64,000 nucleotides of DNA from an uncultured Solirubrobacterales bacterium (GCA_963744535.1 CAVUTW010000001.1:238999-302998); one strand, 5' to 3'; positions 47,606 to 60,032 are shown, numbered from the stretch's first letter. Made by a program: numbers and translations. The notes: generated from the letters alone by a model not told the origin.

Positions 47606-49276
47606 ATGCACGTTCGCAACATCACCACGCACCGCATCCTGAAGGGGCTGGCCGGCCTCTACCTGTTGTTGCTGCTGGCCGCCGTGATGGCCTACAAGGC
47701 GGCCTTCGCGGGGCTGCTGTTCACCAACGTGTTCTTCGGCGTCTACTCGCTCACGGTCGCGGCATACATCGTCTCGCGCTTCGTGTTCAGCCTCTTCTAC
47801 CGCACCCGTCCGGACGCCGGCGTGGAGCCGCAGATCGCGATCGTGATGCCGGGCTTCAACGAGGAGGAGGCGATCGCCGACTCGCTGCGCTCGCTGCTTG
47901 AGCTCGACTACCCGCCCGAGAAGCTCGAGCTGGTGGCCGTCAACGACGGCTCGACCGATAACACGCTCGCGGAGATGCGGCGCGTCTCGACCGAATCGAA
48001 AGGTCGCGTGAGCGTGATCAACTTCCCCGACAACCGAGGCAAGCGCGCGGCGATGGCGGCCGGCATCCGCGCCACCTCGGCGGAGGTGATCGTGTTCGTC
48101 GACTCCGACTCCACGGTCGAGCCGCAGGCGCTCAAACTGCTGGTACAGCCGCTCGCCGACCCCCGCGTGGGGGCGGTGTGCGGGCACGCCGATGTGCTCA
48201 ACGTGCGCGACTCCTGGATCACGCGCATGCAGGCGGTGCGCTACTTCGTCGCCTTCCGCGTGGTGAAGGCCGCCGAATCGGTGTTCGGCGCCGTCACCTG
48301 CTGCTCGGGCTGCTTCTCCGCCTACCGGCGCGAGGCGATCCTGCCGCGCCTCGAGTGGTGGGAGAACCAGACGTTCCTCGGCGTGGAGTCCACCTTCGGC
48401 GACGATCGCTCGCTGACCAACTGCGTGCTGCGCGACTGGCGCATCCTCTACGAACGGCGCGCCGTCTCGCACACGATCGTGCCCGTCACCTTCCGCGCCT
48501 TCCTGATCCAGCAGACCCGTTGGAAGCGCTCGTGGACGCGCGAGTCGCTGCTGGTCGCCAAATTCATCTGGCGCAAGCACCCGATCGCCGCGATCTTCGC
48601 GTACATGAGCATCCTGCTGCCGCTGCTCGCGCCGATCGCCGCGCTGCACTCGCTCGTGTGGGCGCCACTCGTCACCCACCACGGCGTGCTGCCGCTCACC
48701 TACCTCGCCGGGATCTACGCGCTGGCGCTCGTCTACTCCTTCTACTTCCTGCTCTTCCAAGACCGCTACAACGTGCTGTGGCTGTACGGGATCCTGTTCG
48801 TCTTCTTCTACCTCGGGATCATGCTGTGGCAAACCTACTACGCGATCGCCACCTGCCGCACCGCCGCCTGGGGCACGCGACCCGCCACGGCCGGCCTCGG
48901 CGCAGGGGGGAGGGGGGATAGGGGATGGCTGTGGAGGAGCTCCCAGCGGTGCGGCCAACGGCGGCCGGGGTCACGCTTCGGCGTGGGCTCGCAATGCTGC
49001 TACTGCCGCTCTCGCTGCTGCCGGTGGTGCTGCTCGCGCCCTCACTGGCGCGCGCGCCGGCGACGCTGGTCGTCCGCCTCGAGCGGATGGTTCTGCCGAG
49101 ACAGCACCCCGCGCGCAGCGCCTCCTCCCAACCCTCCCGCTATCCGCCCGGAGCTTCCCGCCTGGAGCGTGACGTGTTCGCGCCGGTCGCCCGCATCCTC
49201 ACCCCGCAGGTGGGCGTGTCGGCGCTCGCCGAACACCAGACGCGCGAAGAAAAGGCCCACGCGCCGGCGGTGTTGA
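47606..49276 (+). CDS. Processive GT2 synthase, hyaluronan-synthase/NodC-like (homologous part ends near 48890)
   Basis: Two N-terminal TMs, NDGS, VDSD, CCSG, GDDR, QQTRW (QxxRW), C-terminal TMs and WGTR. The tail beyond WGTR overlaps the next ORF. Confidence 0.88.
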   Translation: MHVRNITTHRILKGLAGLYLLLLLAAVMAYKAAFAGLLFTNVFFGVYSLTVAAYIVSRFVFSLFYRTRPDAGVEPQIAIVMPGFNEEEAIADSLRSLLELDYPPEKLELVAVNDGSTDNTLAEMRRVSTESKGRVSVINFPDNRGKRAAMAAGIRATSAEVIVFVDSDSTVEPQALKLLVQPLADPRVGAVCGHADVLNVRDSWITRMQAVRYFVAFRVVKAAESVFGAVTCCSGCFSAYRREAILPRLEWWENQTFLGVESTFGDDRSLTNCVLRDWRILYERRAVSHTIVPVTFRAFLIQQTRWKRSWTRESLLVAKFIWRKHPIAAIFAYMSILLPLLAPIAALHSLVWAPLVTHHGVLPLTYLAGIYALALVYSFYFLLFQDRYNVLWLYGILFVFFYLGIMLWQTYYAIATCRTAAWGTRPATAGLGAGGRGDRGWLWRSSQRCGQRRPGSRFGVGSQCCYCRSRCCRWCCSRPHWRARRRRWSSASSGWFCRDSTPRAAPPPNPPAIRPELPAWSVTCSRRSPASSPRRWACRRSPNTRRAKKRPTRRRC

Positions 49277-49308
49277 TTACGGGCGAACCGGAAGGGGGCG
49301 CGCGGTGA
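48925..49308 (+). CDS. Small hypothetical exported/membrane protein
   Basis: 127-aa ORF with an N-terminal hydrophobic helix, in operon position. Confidence 0.5.
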   Translation: MAVEELPAVRPTAAGVTLRRGLAMLLLPLSLLPVVLLAPSLARAPATLVVRLERMVLPRQHPARSASSQPSRYPPGASRLERDVFAPVARILTPQVGVSALAEHQTREEKAHAPAVLITGEPEGGAR

Positions 49309-49449
49309 GCGGTGCGTATGCCGGCGCCTCGCGGCGTCCTCAGTCGCTCGTGTGCCGAGCACACTTCGCTCCTTGCGTCCTGGCGAGGCTTGGCCTACGC
49401 ACCGCTTATGAGCTCAGCGGCGAACCGGAAGGGGGCGCGCGGTGAGCGG
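49282..49449. repeat. 31-bp direct repeat flanking a REP-like hairpin insert
   Basis: GGCGAACCGGAAGGGGGCGCGCGGTGAGCGG at 49282-49312 and 49419-49449; the insert is bounded by AGCGGTGCGTA/TACGCACCGCT. Confidence 0.85.
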
Positions 49450-51613
49450 CGTACTGGCGGCGACGGTTGCCGCGATCTCACTTGCCGCGCCCGCCCACCA
49501 TGGGCATCCCGCAACCGCGCGCCGGCCGGGTCACCACGGGCATCGCCACGCCGTGCGCCTGCCCGGCCAGGTGCGGGGGGTGCGCGTGCTCGCGGATACC
49601 AACACCGGCGTGCGCATCACGTGGCATCCCGCCCGGCGCGGCTCGGCCCCCGTCGAGGGTTACCGCATCAGGTGCGACGGCGTCGTCGCCGGGCAGACGC
49701 CCGGGCGCGTGTACATCGTCAAGTTCAACCTCTACCGTGCGCATCGCATCACGGTCAGCGCCGTCGACACCCGCGGACGGCTCGGCAGGCCCAGCCGGGC
49801 GCTGCGGATCGGCATACGGGTCACCCGGGGCGGGAAACGGGCGGCCGCCGTCGTCGGCGACAGCGGCCCCGGCGTGCCCGGTCAGCCGAGCGTCTCAGAA
49901 GTCAGCGAAGCGGGCGCCACACTCTGGTGGACGCCTGCCACCCCCGGCGCGGCACGGATCATCGGGTATCGCGTCTACCGCGACGGCGCGCTGGTCGGGC
50001 AGACACCGCAGGACTCGATGCGCCTCACACACCTCTCCTCGCTGCGCACCTACCACTTCGCGGTCGCCGCCGTCGACGCCGACCACGTCGTCGGCGCGCG
50101 CACGCCGGAACTTGCCCTCACCACCACTCACACCCCCCCCGAGGGCCCCGCGCTGATCTCCGCCGAGCACGTCACCGACACCTCCGCCACGCTCTCCTGG
50201 CAGGCGGGTGTCGCCAACAGCGGCCGGCTGGTGGGGTACCTCCTGTTCGAGGACGGCGTTCCCGAGCGCGTGGTCGATGGCCAGGTCGCGACGGTCACGC
50301 TGGCCTCCGAGCGTCACTACACCTTCACCGTGCGCGCGCTGGACTCCTACGGCTACCTCAGCGCGCCCGCGCCCGAAGTGGCTGTGTTCACGACCCACAC
50401 GCCGCCCTCCACGCCGGGCGATCTGCACAGCACCGAAGTGAGCGCCTCCTCCGCCGCGCTCGCCTGGTCGACCTCCACGCCGGTGAGCGGCAACATCGTC
50501 GGCTACCGCGTGTTCCGCAACGAAATCCCCGTCGGCCAGGTGTCCGCGCCGGAAATCTCGCTCGCCGAGCTGGCGCCTTCGACCAGCTATCGGATCACCG
50601 TCGTGGCCGTGGACTCGCTCGGGGCGATCAGCGCGCCGACCGCGCCGCTGACGGTGGAAACCTCCGATCCGCCGCCCACGCACGGCAACGTGCAGGCCTT
50701 CCTGCTGGCCTCCACCGACCAGAGCTTCTTCGACCTCGAGGCCCACTACCAGCAGATCGAGGTGGTGTACCCCACGTACTTCAACTGCGGTCGCGGCGGC
50801 ACCGTCACCGGCAGCGACTGGCCGCTCGTCACCGGCTGGGCGCGCGCGCGCCAGGTCGCTGTGATGCCGCGCCTGAACTGCCAGAACCCGGCCGACGAGG
50901 AACAGATCCTGGGCGAACCGGCCGTGGGGGAACACATGATCGACCAGCTCGCGTCGCTGTGCGAAAGCAACGGCTACGCGGGCATCCAGGTCGACTTCGA
51001 GGGTGCCCCCCCGGCCGAGCGCGAACCCTTCACCGCCTGGATCACCGCGCTCGCCGCACGGCTGCACTCGATCGGCGACAAACTCTCGACGGTGGTCACC
51101 GCCAAGTACTACAACGTCACCACGGGCCGCGCCGCGATGTACAACGACGCCGCGCTGTCGGTTCCCTCCGACTACATCTTCGTGCTCGACTGGGGTCTGC
51201 ACTGGACCACCTCCACGCCGGGCGGGCTGGCCGAACTGCCGTGGTTCACGAAGGTCGCCGACTACACCGCGACGATGCCCAACAAGAGCAAGTTCGTCCT
51301 CGGGATGCCGATGTACGGGCTCGACTGGCCGGGCGGCGGCGGCTCCGCCAACCCCGCCACGCCGCTGGAGTTCAACAACGTGACGGCGGAGCAGAGCGAG
51401 TTCGGGGCGCTGAGCGAATGGGAACCGACGGCGGCCGAACCGCACTTCTCCTACACCGACTCCAGCGGCGTGCACCACGACGTGTGGTACACCGACCAGC
51501 AGTCGCTGGGGGTGCGCGCCCAACTCGCCGAATCGCTCGGTCTCGGGATCGGGCTGTGGCACCTCGGCTCCGAGGACCAGTCCATCTGGGAACTGCCGCA
51601 GCTCGGCGGTTGA
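49442..51613 (+). CDS. Secreted protein with four FN3 domains and a C-terminal GH18 domain
   Basis: Repeated L.W...GY.V.RDG...Y...V.A.D FN3 pattern; GIQVDFE catalytic motif; K.VLGMPMYG.DW; GIGLWHLG.ED. Confidence 0.87.
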   Translation: MSGVLAATVAAISLAAPAHHGHPATARRPGHHGHRHAVRLPGQVRGVRVLADTNTGVRITWHPARRGSAPVEGYRIRCDGVVAGQTPGRVYIVKFNLYRAHRITVSAVDTRGRLGRPSRALRIGIRVTRGGKRAAAVVGDSGPGVPGQPSVSEVSEAGATLWWTPATPGAARIIGYRVYRDGALVGQTPQDSMRLTHLSSLRTYHFAVAAVDADHVVGARTPELALTTTHTPPEGPALISAEHVTDTSATLSWQAGVANSGRLVGYLLFEDGVPERVVDGQVATVTLASERHYTFTVRALDSYGYLSAPAPEVAVFTTHTPPSTPGDLHSTEVSASSAALAWSTSTPVSGNIVGYRVFRNEIPVGQVSAPEISLAELAPSTSYRITVVAVDSLGAISAPTAPLTVETSDPPPTHGNVQAFLLASTDQSFFDLEAHYQQIEVVYPTYFNCGRGGTVTGSDWPLVTGWARARQVAVMPRLNCQNPADEEQILGEPAVGEHMIDQLASLCESNGYAGIQVDFEGAPPAEREPFTAWITALAARLHSIGDKLSTVVTAKYYNVTTGRAAMYNDAALSVPSDYIFVLDWGLHWTTSTPGGLAELPWFTKVADYTATMPNKSKFVLGMPMYGLDWPGGGGSANPATPLEFNNVTAEQSEFGALSEWEPTAAEPHFSYTDSSGVHHDVWYTDQQSLGVRAQLAESLGLGIGLWHLGSEDQSIWELPQLGG

Positions 51614-51631
51614 GTTCACGACCCCGCTCCC

Positions 51632-52669
51632 GTGAGGCTCCGCCTGATCCTGATGTGCGTCGCAGTGCTGCTGCTGGCCCCGGCCACGGCGACGGCTCAG
51701 CAACTGCAGGCGTTCCTGCTGACGAGCGCCCCCGACTCGTTCGCCGATCTACAGGCGCACGCCGGGGCGATCGGCGTGGTGTACCCGACCTACTTCGAAT
51801 GCTCGCCGGTCGGCGAAGTGGTGGGGGCCGCCGATGGTGAAGTCGATGCCTACGCCGCCGCGCACGGGCTGGTGGAGATGCCGCGCTTCAGCTGCCAGAA
51901 CGGGGCGCTCGTGCACCGCATCCTCACGCAGCCTGCGCTGCGCGCGCGTGTGTTCGCACGGCTGATGGGGCTCGCGGACGATCCCTCCTACGCGGGCCTC
52001 AACCTCGATCTCGAGAACGACGGCGCCCGCGACCGGGACGCGCTCACCGCCTTCGTCGCCGCCCTCGCCGCGCGTCTGCGCGCCGAGGGGCGCAAGCTCG
52101 TCATCGACGTGGTCGGCGTCACGCACGAAGCGGTTCCCCATCCCGCGAGCGGCTTCTACGACGACCGCGCGCTGGCCGCCGCCGCCGACACCGTGTTCGT
52201 GATGGCGTGGGGCCCCCACTGGGAAGGCTCCGGACCCGGACCGATCGCATCGCTCTCCTTCGTGCGGGGCGTTGCCAGCTACGTCGCCTCGCTGCCGCAC
52301 GCGCGGCGCTTTGTGCTTGGGGTGCCGATGTACGGCCTCGACTGGCCGGTACCCGGTGGGCGTGGGCGCTTACGTGGTGGGGGTAGTGGCCGTGGTGGTG
52401 GCGACGACGACGGGGCGGGATCTCCTCGAGCCACCGCGTTGCAGTACGCCTGCGCGCTCGCGCTGGCCCAGTCGGCCGGCGTCGCGCCGGCGCGGGATCC
52501 CTCCTCGGGTGAGATGACCTTCACCTACGCCCAGGGTGGTGTCTCCCACCGCGTCTGGTACATGGACGCGCACGCGATCCTCGCCCGTATCGCGATCGCC
52601 CGCCGCTACGGGCTCGCCGCCGGAGTGTGGCGGCTGGGCGCGGAGGACCAGGCGCTGTGGGCCGGGTAG
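51632..52669 (+). CDS. Secreted GH18 family protein
   Basis: Signal peptide, GLNLDLE, FVLGVPMYGLDW, GVWRLGAED; paralogous to the upstream GH18 domain. Confidence 0.87.
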   Translation: MRLRLILMCVAVLLLAPATATAQQLQAFLLTSAPDSFADLQAHAGAIGVVYPTYFECSPVGEVVGAADGEVDAYAAAHGLVEMPRFSCQNGALVHRILTQPALRARVFARLMGLADDPSYAGLNLDLENDGARDRDALTAFVAALAARLRAEGRKLVIDVVGVTHEAVPHPASGFYDDRALAAAADTVFVMAWGPHWEGSGPGPIASLSFVRGVASYVASLPHARRFVLGVPMYGLDWPVPGGRGRLRGGGSGRGGGDDDGAGSPRATALQYACALALAQSAGVAPARDPSSGEMTFTYAQGGVSHRVWYMDAHAILARIAIARRYGLAAGVWRLGAEDQALWAG

Positions 52670-52760
52670 GAGGCTCGCCACGGAGGACCAGTCGCTGTGG
52701 GCCGGATAGGAGGCTCGCCACGGAGGATCAGGCGCTGTGGGCCGGGTAGGAGGCTCGCCA
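52641..52760. repeat. 3 x 40-bp tandem repeat spanning the GH18 stop codon
   Basis: CGGAGGACCAGGCGCTGTGGGCCGGGTAGGAGGCTCGCCA at 52641, 52681 and 52721 with one or two mismatches. Confidence 0.95.
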
Positions 52761-52907
52761 CATCTCACGTTGTCTGGACGCTTGTTCGATCATCCAGCCC
52801 CTCCATCAAGACCGCCAGCCGGCGGCCGAAGAAATTCCTCACACGCGCGGGGACGTATGGATGACGTCGCGCTCGTGGATCACCAACCTTGCGTGAAGGA
52901 GGCCACG

Positions 52908-53339
52908 ATGCCTAGCTTGGCCCAGACATCCACCCGTACACAGCCCCCGGCTCCCGGGGCGCGGACCGCAGGTGCGACAGCGTTCGAGATCGTGCAGCGC
53001 CCGCTCGACGAGCACACCTGTGTGATCGCGATCGAGGGCGAGCTCGACCTTTCCACGGCCCCTCGTCTGAAGTGGACGCTGCTAGACGCCCTAGGGGCCG
53101 GGCACAGCCTGCTGGTCGTCGACCTCTCACGCACGGCCTTCATGGACTCAACCGCGCTGGGGGTGCTCGTCGCGGTCAAGCGGGGGCTCAACGCCGGTGA
53201 GCGGCTGGCGATTGTCTGCCCTCAGAGCGACGTTCTGCAGATCTTCGAGTTCGCCGGGATGGATGGTGTCTTCACGATCTTTCCCGCGCTCGACGGAGCG
53301 CTCGCAAGCACGCGGGAACATGGCGCGTCTCTCGGCTAA
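52908..53339 (+). CDS. STAS domain anti-sigma-factor antagonist (RsbV/SpoIIAA-like)
   Basis: GELDL.TAP, VVDLS..FMDSTALG (phospho-acceptor Ser); RBS AAGGAGG. Confidence 0.92.
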   Translation: MPSLAQTSTRTQPPAPGARTAGATAFEIVQRPLDEHTCVIAIEGELDLSTAPRLKWTLLDALGAGHSLLVVDLSRTAFMDSTALGVLVAVKRGLNAGERLAIVCPQSDVLQIFEFAGMDGVFTIFPALDGALASTREHGASLG

Positions 53340-55494
53340 TCGACGCGGACAGTACGGCGCGATCGCGGTCGGCTGTGCGCTTGTCCTGACTTACATCCCG
53401 ATCGCCGGCGCCCACCCGGAAGCCCACGGGCAAGGGGGCTGGGGGGGTCACTCTCAGCAGGGCGCCGAAGGCTCTGAACAGCGAGGTGGGGGCCACGAAC
53501 GGTCGCACGGCCCGGGGGCCGGCGAACAGCAGGCCGGCGAACAGCAGGGCGGCGGGGAACAGCAGAGTGGCGGCGAACAGCAGAGTGGGGAACCTCAGGG
53601 GCAGGGGGCTCAAACACAGACGCAGCAAACTGAAACCCAGGCGCAGTCGGAAACCACTGGTCGCGAACAGCAGCGCAGGGGTGGCGCCCAGCGGCACGAG
53701 CAGGCTCACGCGCAGCAGCGCACCAAGAACCACGGACGCCGGGACGCGGAAAGCCAGTCGCAGGCCACGCCTCCAGGCACCTCGAGCTCGGGTTCCGCCT
53801 CTGGTTCCACCTCATCGACCACCACCTCGTCAGCCACCGCCTCGGCGCCGGCACCAACCACTTCCACGCCGACCGCGGCTGTCTCGTCGAGCACGCCCAC
53901 CGGCACCGCGATGCCTACGACCATCGCGACGCCCACAACCACCGCGACGCCGACGGCTACCGCAACGCCCCCGAGCGCCGCGACGACATCGCCGCAGGGC
54001 AAAGACGGCGCTCAAACCGGCGTTCCCGCTCACGCCCACCATGGTGTGGGCCACACCGATCGCGCGCGCCACCAAGCCGCGAGGCGGGTTGGTAACGGAG
54101 GCAATGCCGCTCACCGCGTGACCGGGCACTCCGCCGCGTCCTCGCGGCGAGCGCTCGCCGGCGCCGTGGGCACGGGCACGAAGGCGCCGCAACGGGGAGC
54201 GACGCGGAGCGCCCACCAGGGCGCGGCACCCCCGCATCCTTCCTCGCACGTGCGCAGTTCGCCGCTGGTCACCACGATCACCACGATCGCCGACGTGGTG
54301 CCCCTGCCGGTGCGGTTTCTGCTCGGGCTGCTGCTGTCGCTCTCGCTTGCGCTCGGCACGCGCTCGTGGCTGGCGGCGCTGCGCGCGCGGCGACTGGAGC
54401 GCCAGCGCGGCGAACTGCTGGAGGACGTCGGTCTGCTGCAGGCTGCGCTGCTGCCGAAGACCCCGGAGCACCTCGGCGCGGTTGGCACATCGGCGGCCTA
54501 CCGGCCGGCCGACGGCCCCGGCGCTGGGGGCGACTTCTACGACGTGTTCGCGCTCGGGGACGGCAGGGTGGCGGTGATCCTCGGCGACATCTCCGGCCAC
54601 GGCCGTCAGGCGCTGCCGCACACCGCGCTCGTGCGCTTCACCCTGCGCGCCTACCTGGAGGCCGGCCTCTCGCCGCGGGTTGCCGTGCAGACGGCGGAGA
54701 GTGTGTTGGAGCGTCAGCTCGGCGGATCGTTCGCCACAGTGGTGGTGGCCACCTACGACCCCGATGCGCGCACCCTGGTGTACGCCTGCGCCGGCCACCC
54801 GCCGCCGCTGGTGGTCGGCTCGCCCGCGGCGGAGTCGGCGGAGTCGGGGAGGTCGGTGGGATCGGGAGAGTCCGTTGGGTCGGCGAGGCCGGTGAGGACG
54901 ATCGGATCGATCACGCCGATTACCGTCTGCGCCGCGCCGCCGATCGGCGCGGGCATGCGCACCGGCTCGCGCCAAACCACGGTGGCGGTGCCCGGCGGGG
55001 CGCAGGTGTGCTTCTTCACCGATGGCGTCACCGAGGCGCGCACGGGCGGCGAGCTGTTCGGCGCCGGGCGGCTCACCCGCGCGCTTGCCGAGCTCGGGCC
55101 GACGGCGAGTGCATCGCAACTGCTACAGCGGGTGGCCGAAGCGACCGATACACGCCCTGACGACATGGCCGCATGTGTGCTCAACATCGCAGGGGACCCC
55201 ACCGCGCCGGCGGTGCTCCGCGAGGAGTTGGAGTTCGACCGCGAGACGCCCTCCAACCGTCGCGCCGAGCAGCTGCTGCTCGCCTGCGGGGTGCAGCGGG
55301 GCGAGATCCCCGAACTGATCGCCAACGCCCGTCACGCCGCGGGCCAAGCCGGCACCGCGATCGTCGAGCTGCACCTGGCGGCCGCCGGCGGGCCGCCGTG
55401 CGTCAAGCTGCGGCGCGACAGCGTCACCCATTTACCGACCGTGCTCGCGCGCGGGCGGGCGGAGGTTGGGGTCATGGTGGGGGCGACACAGTGA
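53320..55494 (+). CDS. Membrane-anchored PP2C/SpoIIE phosphatase with a long low-complexity N-terminal region
   Basis: Hydrophobic N-terminus, Q/G- and T/P-rich linker, TM, then LQAALLP, GGDFYD, GDISGHG, AGHPPP, FTDGVTE, DDMA. Confidence 0.88.
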   Translation: MARLSANRRGQYGAIAVGCALVLTYIPIAGAHPEAHGQGGWGGHSQQGAEGSEQRGGGHERSHGPGAGEQQAGEQQGGGEQQSGGEQQSGEPQGQGAQTQTQQTETQAQSETTGREQQRRGGAQRHEQAHAQQRTKNHGRRDAESQSQATPPGTSSSGSASGSTSSTTTSSATASAPAPTTSTPTAAVSSSTPTGTAMPTTIATPTTTATPTATATPPSAATTSPQGKDGAQTGVPAHAHHGVGHTDRARHQAARRVGNGGNAAHRVTGHSAASSRRALAGAVGTGTKAPQRGATRSAHQGAAPPHPSSHVRSSPLVTTITTIADVVPLPVRFLLGLLLSLSLALGTRSWLAALRARRLERQRGELLEDVGLLQAALLPKTPEHLGAVGTSAAYRPADGPGAGGDFYDVFALGDGRVAVILGDISGHGRQALPHTALVRFTLRAYLEAGLSPRVAVQTAESVLERQLGGSFATVVVATYDPDARTLVYACAGHPPPLVVGSPAAESAESGRSVGSGESVGSARPVRTIGSITPITVCAAPPIGAGMRTGSRQTTVAVPGGAQVCFFTDGVTEARTGGELFGAGRLTRALAELGPTASASQLLQRVAEATDTRPDDMAACVLNIAGDPTAPAVLREELEFDRETPSNRRAEQLLLACGVQRGEIPELIANARHAAGQAGTAIVELHLAAAGGPPCVKLRRDSVTHLPTVLARGRAEVGVMVGATQ

Positions 55495-55914
55495 GCACCA
55501 CCGCGACGCTCGCCCCCGACGCGGCGATGGCGCTCGGGATCGCCGCCACCGCGATGCCGTTCGCGCGCACCCCCGAGGGCGAGGCCGAGCGCTGGCTGCG
55601 AGTGCTGCGCCTACACGGCGAGTCGGGGATCGCACTGCAGGCGCTGGGCGTCAGCGAGGGGCCGTTCGAAACGGAGGATGGCGAGAGCCACGAGCGCGAA
55701 CCGGCTGCCCCTACCCCTGCCCCCGGCGGCGCCGCACGCGACCCCGTCGCGCTGGTGAGCGAGCAGGCGGTTGAGATCGCCGCGCAGCGGGGCGCCGGGG
55801 GTGTGGGCACCAGGGACCTGCTCCTCGCCGTGATGCGCATCTACGGCGAGGATTTCGAGCGCGTGCTGCGCGCCCACGGCACCGACCGCGCGGAGGTGCT
55901 CGCGCGGCTGGCCG

Positions 55915-55922
<8 letters not shown>
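55491..55922 (+). CDS. Hypothetical protein (Clp N-terminal-like C-terminus)
   Basis: GTGA-coupled to the phosphatase; A..RG...[10 protein letters not shown]...RVLRAHG resembles a Clp_N repeat. Confidence 0.5.
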
Positions 55923-58072
<2,150 letters not shown>

Positions 58073-58282
58073 GGGGGGGTTCTGTTCCTCCTCGTCGCGA
58101 ATCTATGTGAGTGGGCGCCCGAAGCCGGTGGGGGCGTGGCCGCCCGGCCCTGCGCAGGCCGATCCCGCCGAGGATCGCCGACCATGAATCGTAGACGCCT
58201 CAGCGCGCCCGGGTATCGCTCGACTGGCGAAATCCGGGATGCGATCTTTCGACAGCGGGCCAAACACGGGCCGTCGCGAGAC

Positions 58283-58933
58283 CTATGCTTCCGACGGTAC
58301 GTACGGGCCGGCGACCACCTTGCCGGTGGTCGGGTCCACATGGGTCTGCGGCGGGCTCCCGGCGACGTGCACCGTGAAGCTCCCCGCGGGTGAGGAGCCG
58401 TTGGCGAGCTCAGCCTGCGCCCTGCCGTTGAGCCCGGCGTACACCCTGTAGGAGACCAGATGCACTCCCGGCTTGACGGGGGAGACGTGCCACACGAAGC
58501 GCCGCGTCGCGCCCGGCGCCAGCGGACCCAGCGCCCAGACATCGTAGTTGGGGGTCGCCCCGCTCCCCGGCGGGTCCACCTCAACCGTTTCGACCGGCAG
58601 CTTGGGGATCCGTCCAGGGCCCTGGTCGACGACCCAGATCGGGCGTCTGCGACTGGCCAGGTTGGCGTAGTCGCTGAGATAGTTGAACGAGGTCACCGCC
58701 ACCGTCACGTTGGGCAGCGTGTGCGCGCTCGTGTTACGTACGTCCACCACCAGCTGCGCTGGGCGCGCAACCGCCTGCACGGTCGGGAAGCTGGCGTGCG
58801 TGACCTGCACCGTGTAGTGGGCCTTGGGTTCGCCGGCGTCCTGCCGGCGCGATTCCCCGCAGCCCGCCGCGAGCGTCCCCGCCAGCCCGCAGAGGCCGAG
58901 CACGACCATTCTGAGTACATAACTCCCCCTCAC
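58283..58933 (-). CDS. Putative lipoprotein
   Basis: Lipobox LAAGC after a hydrophobic N-terminus. Confidence 0.6.
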   Translation of the reverse strand: MRGSYVLRMVVLGLCGLAGTLAAGCGESRRQDAGEPKAHYTVQVTHASFPTVQAVARPAQLVVDVRNTSAHTLPNVTVAVTSFNYLSDYANLASRRRPIWVVDQGPGRIPKLPVETVEVDPPGSGATPNYDVWALGPLAPGATRRFVWHVSPVKPGVHLVSYRVYAGLNGRAQAELANGSSPAGSFTVHVAGSPPQTHVDPTTGKVVAGPYVPSEA

Positions 58934-59058
58934 AGCGCGATCACGATATCAGCGGCCGTGGCCAAAAGGGGTGGCGCGACGCCAGCGCATCGCGTAGAGT
59001 TCCATTACCGGCGTACACTGCCGGTGTACTGGTCACCCGAGGAGGGGTAGGTAGCGCA

Positions 59059-59865
59059 GTGGTACGTAGTGCGGCAGAGCGGGCGTTCCTCCCAACGAGG
59101 AACTTCATTGAGGAAGTCGGCGACATGATGATCCTGACCGGCAGGACCATCAGGTCGGCGCTGCGACCTCCCTACCCATATGGCGGCGAGTTCGTCTCGC
59201 AGTTCCTGTTCGCGCTGCGCCTGTGCTGGTTTCCGCTGCTGGTGTCCACGGTGTGCATCGACTACGCCGCGCCTGGGTTGCAGGCCGCCAACTTCCTCAC
59301 GCTGTTCGGCGCGCTGGACCGCCTGGGCGGATTCTTCGTGCTCGGGGCGGTGCGCGAGATCGGCCCCGACGTGACCGCGATCGTGCTCGCCGGGGTCGCC
59401 GGCACGGCGATCACGGCCGACCTCGGCGCGCGCAAGATCCGCGAGGAGCTCGACGCGCTGCAGGTGTTGGGGGTCGACCCGATCAAGAACCTCGTGGTGC
59501 CCCGCTTCCTCGCGTTGATGCTGGTCACGGGACTGTTCAACATCTACGCGATCCTGTTCGGAATCTTCGGGGGGCTGCTCGCCGAGCTCGTCAACGGCTA
59601 TCCGCTGGGGCCGTTCTGGAACACGTTCTTCGCCAACGCCGACACGACCGACATGTGGGGCTCGGCGTTGAAGGCGACGCTGTACGGGGCGATCATCGCG
59701 ATCGTGTGCTGCTACAAGGGCATGACCGCCTCCGGCGGCGCCGAGGGCGTCGGCCGCGCCGTCAACCAGGCGGTCGTCATCACCTTCCTCGCGGTGTTCT
59801 CGTTCGACTACGTCTTCGAGCAGACGTTGCTGGCCACGCACCCCCAGATCCTGGTGATCAAATGA
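59059..59865 (+). CDS. MlaE/YrbE family ABC permease (YrbEA-like)
   Basis: REIGP, ADLGARKIREELDALQVLGVDP, GGAEGVGRAV. Confidence 0.92.
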   Translation: MVRSAAERAFLPTRNFIEEVGDMMILTGRTIRSALRPPYPYGGEFVSQFLFALRLCWFPLLVSTVCIDYAAPGLQAANFLTLFGALDRLGGFFVLGAVREIGPDVTAIVLAGVAGTAITADLGARKIREELDALQVLGVDPIKNLVVPRFLALMLVTGLFNIYAILFGIFGGLLAELVNGYPLGPFWNTFFANADTTDMWGSALKATLYGAIIAIVCCYKGMTASGGAEGVGRAVNQAVVITFLAVFSFDYVFEQTLLATHPQILVIK

Positions 59866-60032
59866 TCCGGCGGCGTCTCGTCGCCTTCGGTCGTCGGCTA
59901 AGCCGACGACCCCTTGTCCTCGATCGCTCGTGTACCGAAGCCGGGAGACACTCGCTCCGCTCGCATCCCCGTTTCGGCCAGCACACTTCGCTCACTGCGT
60001 CCTTGCCAGGAACGACGAGCCATCCGCCGGAT
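59864..60032. repeat. REP-like intergenic element
   Basis: Bounded by ATCCGGCGG/CCGCCGGAT; shares GTCCTCnnTCGCTCGTGTnCCGA and GCACACTTCGCTCnnTGCGTCCT with the 49.3-kb insert. Confidence 0.7.

Noticed and set aside
52641-52760. 40-bp repeats as a CRISPR array
   Set aside because: The copies abut with no spacers, include the end of the gene, and no cas genes are present.
58073-58282. Glutamine riboswitch or GlnR box upstream of glutamine synthetase
   Set aside because: No convincing consensus match was seen.
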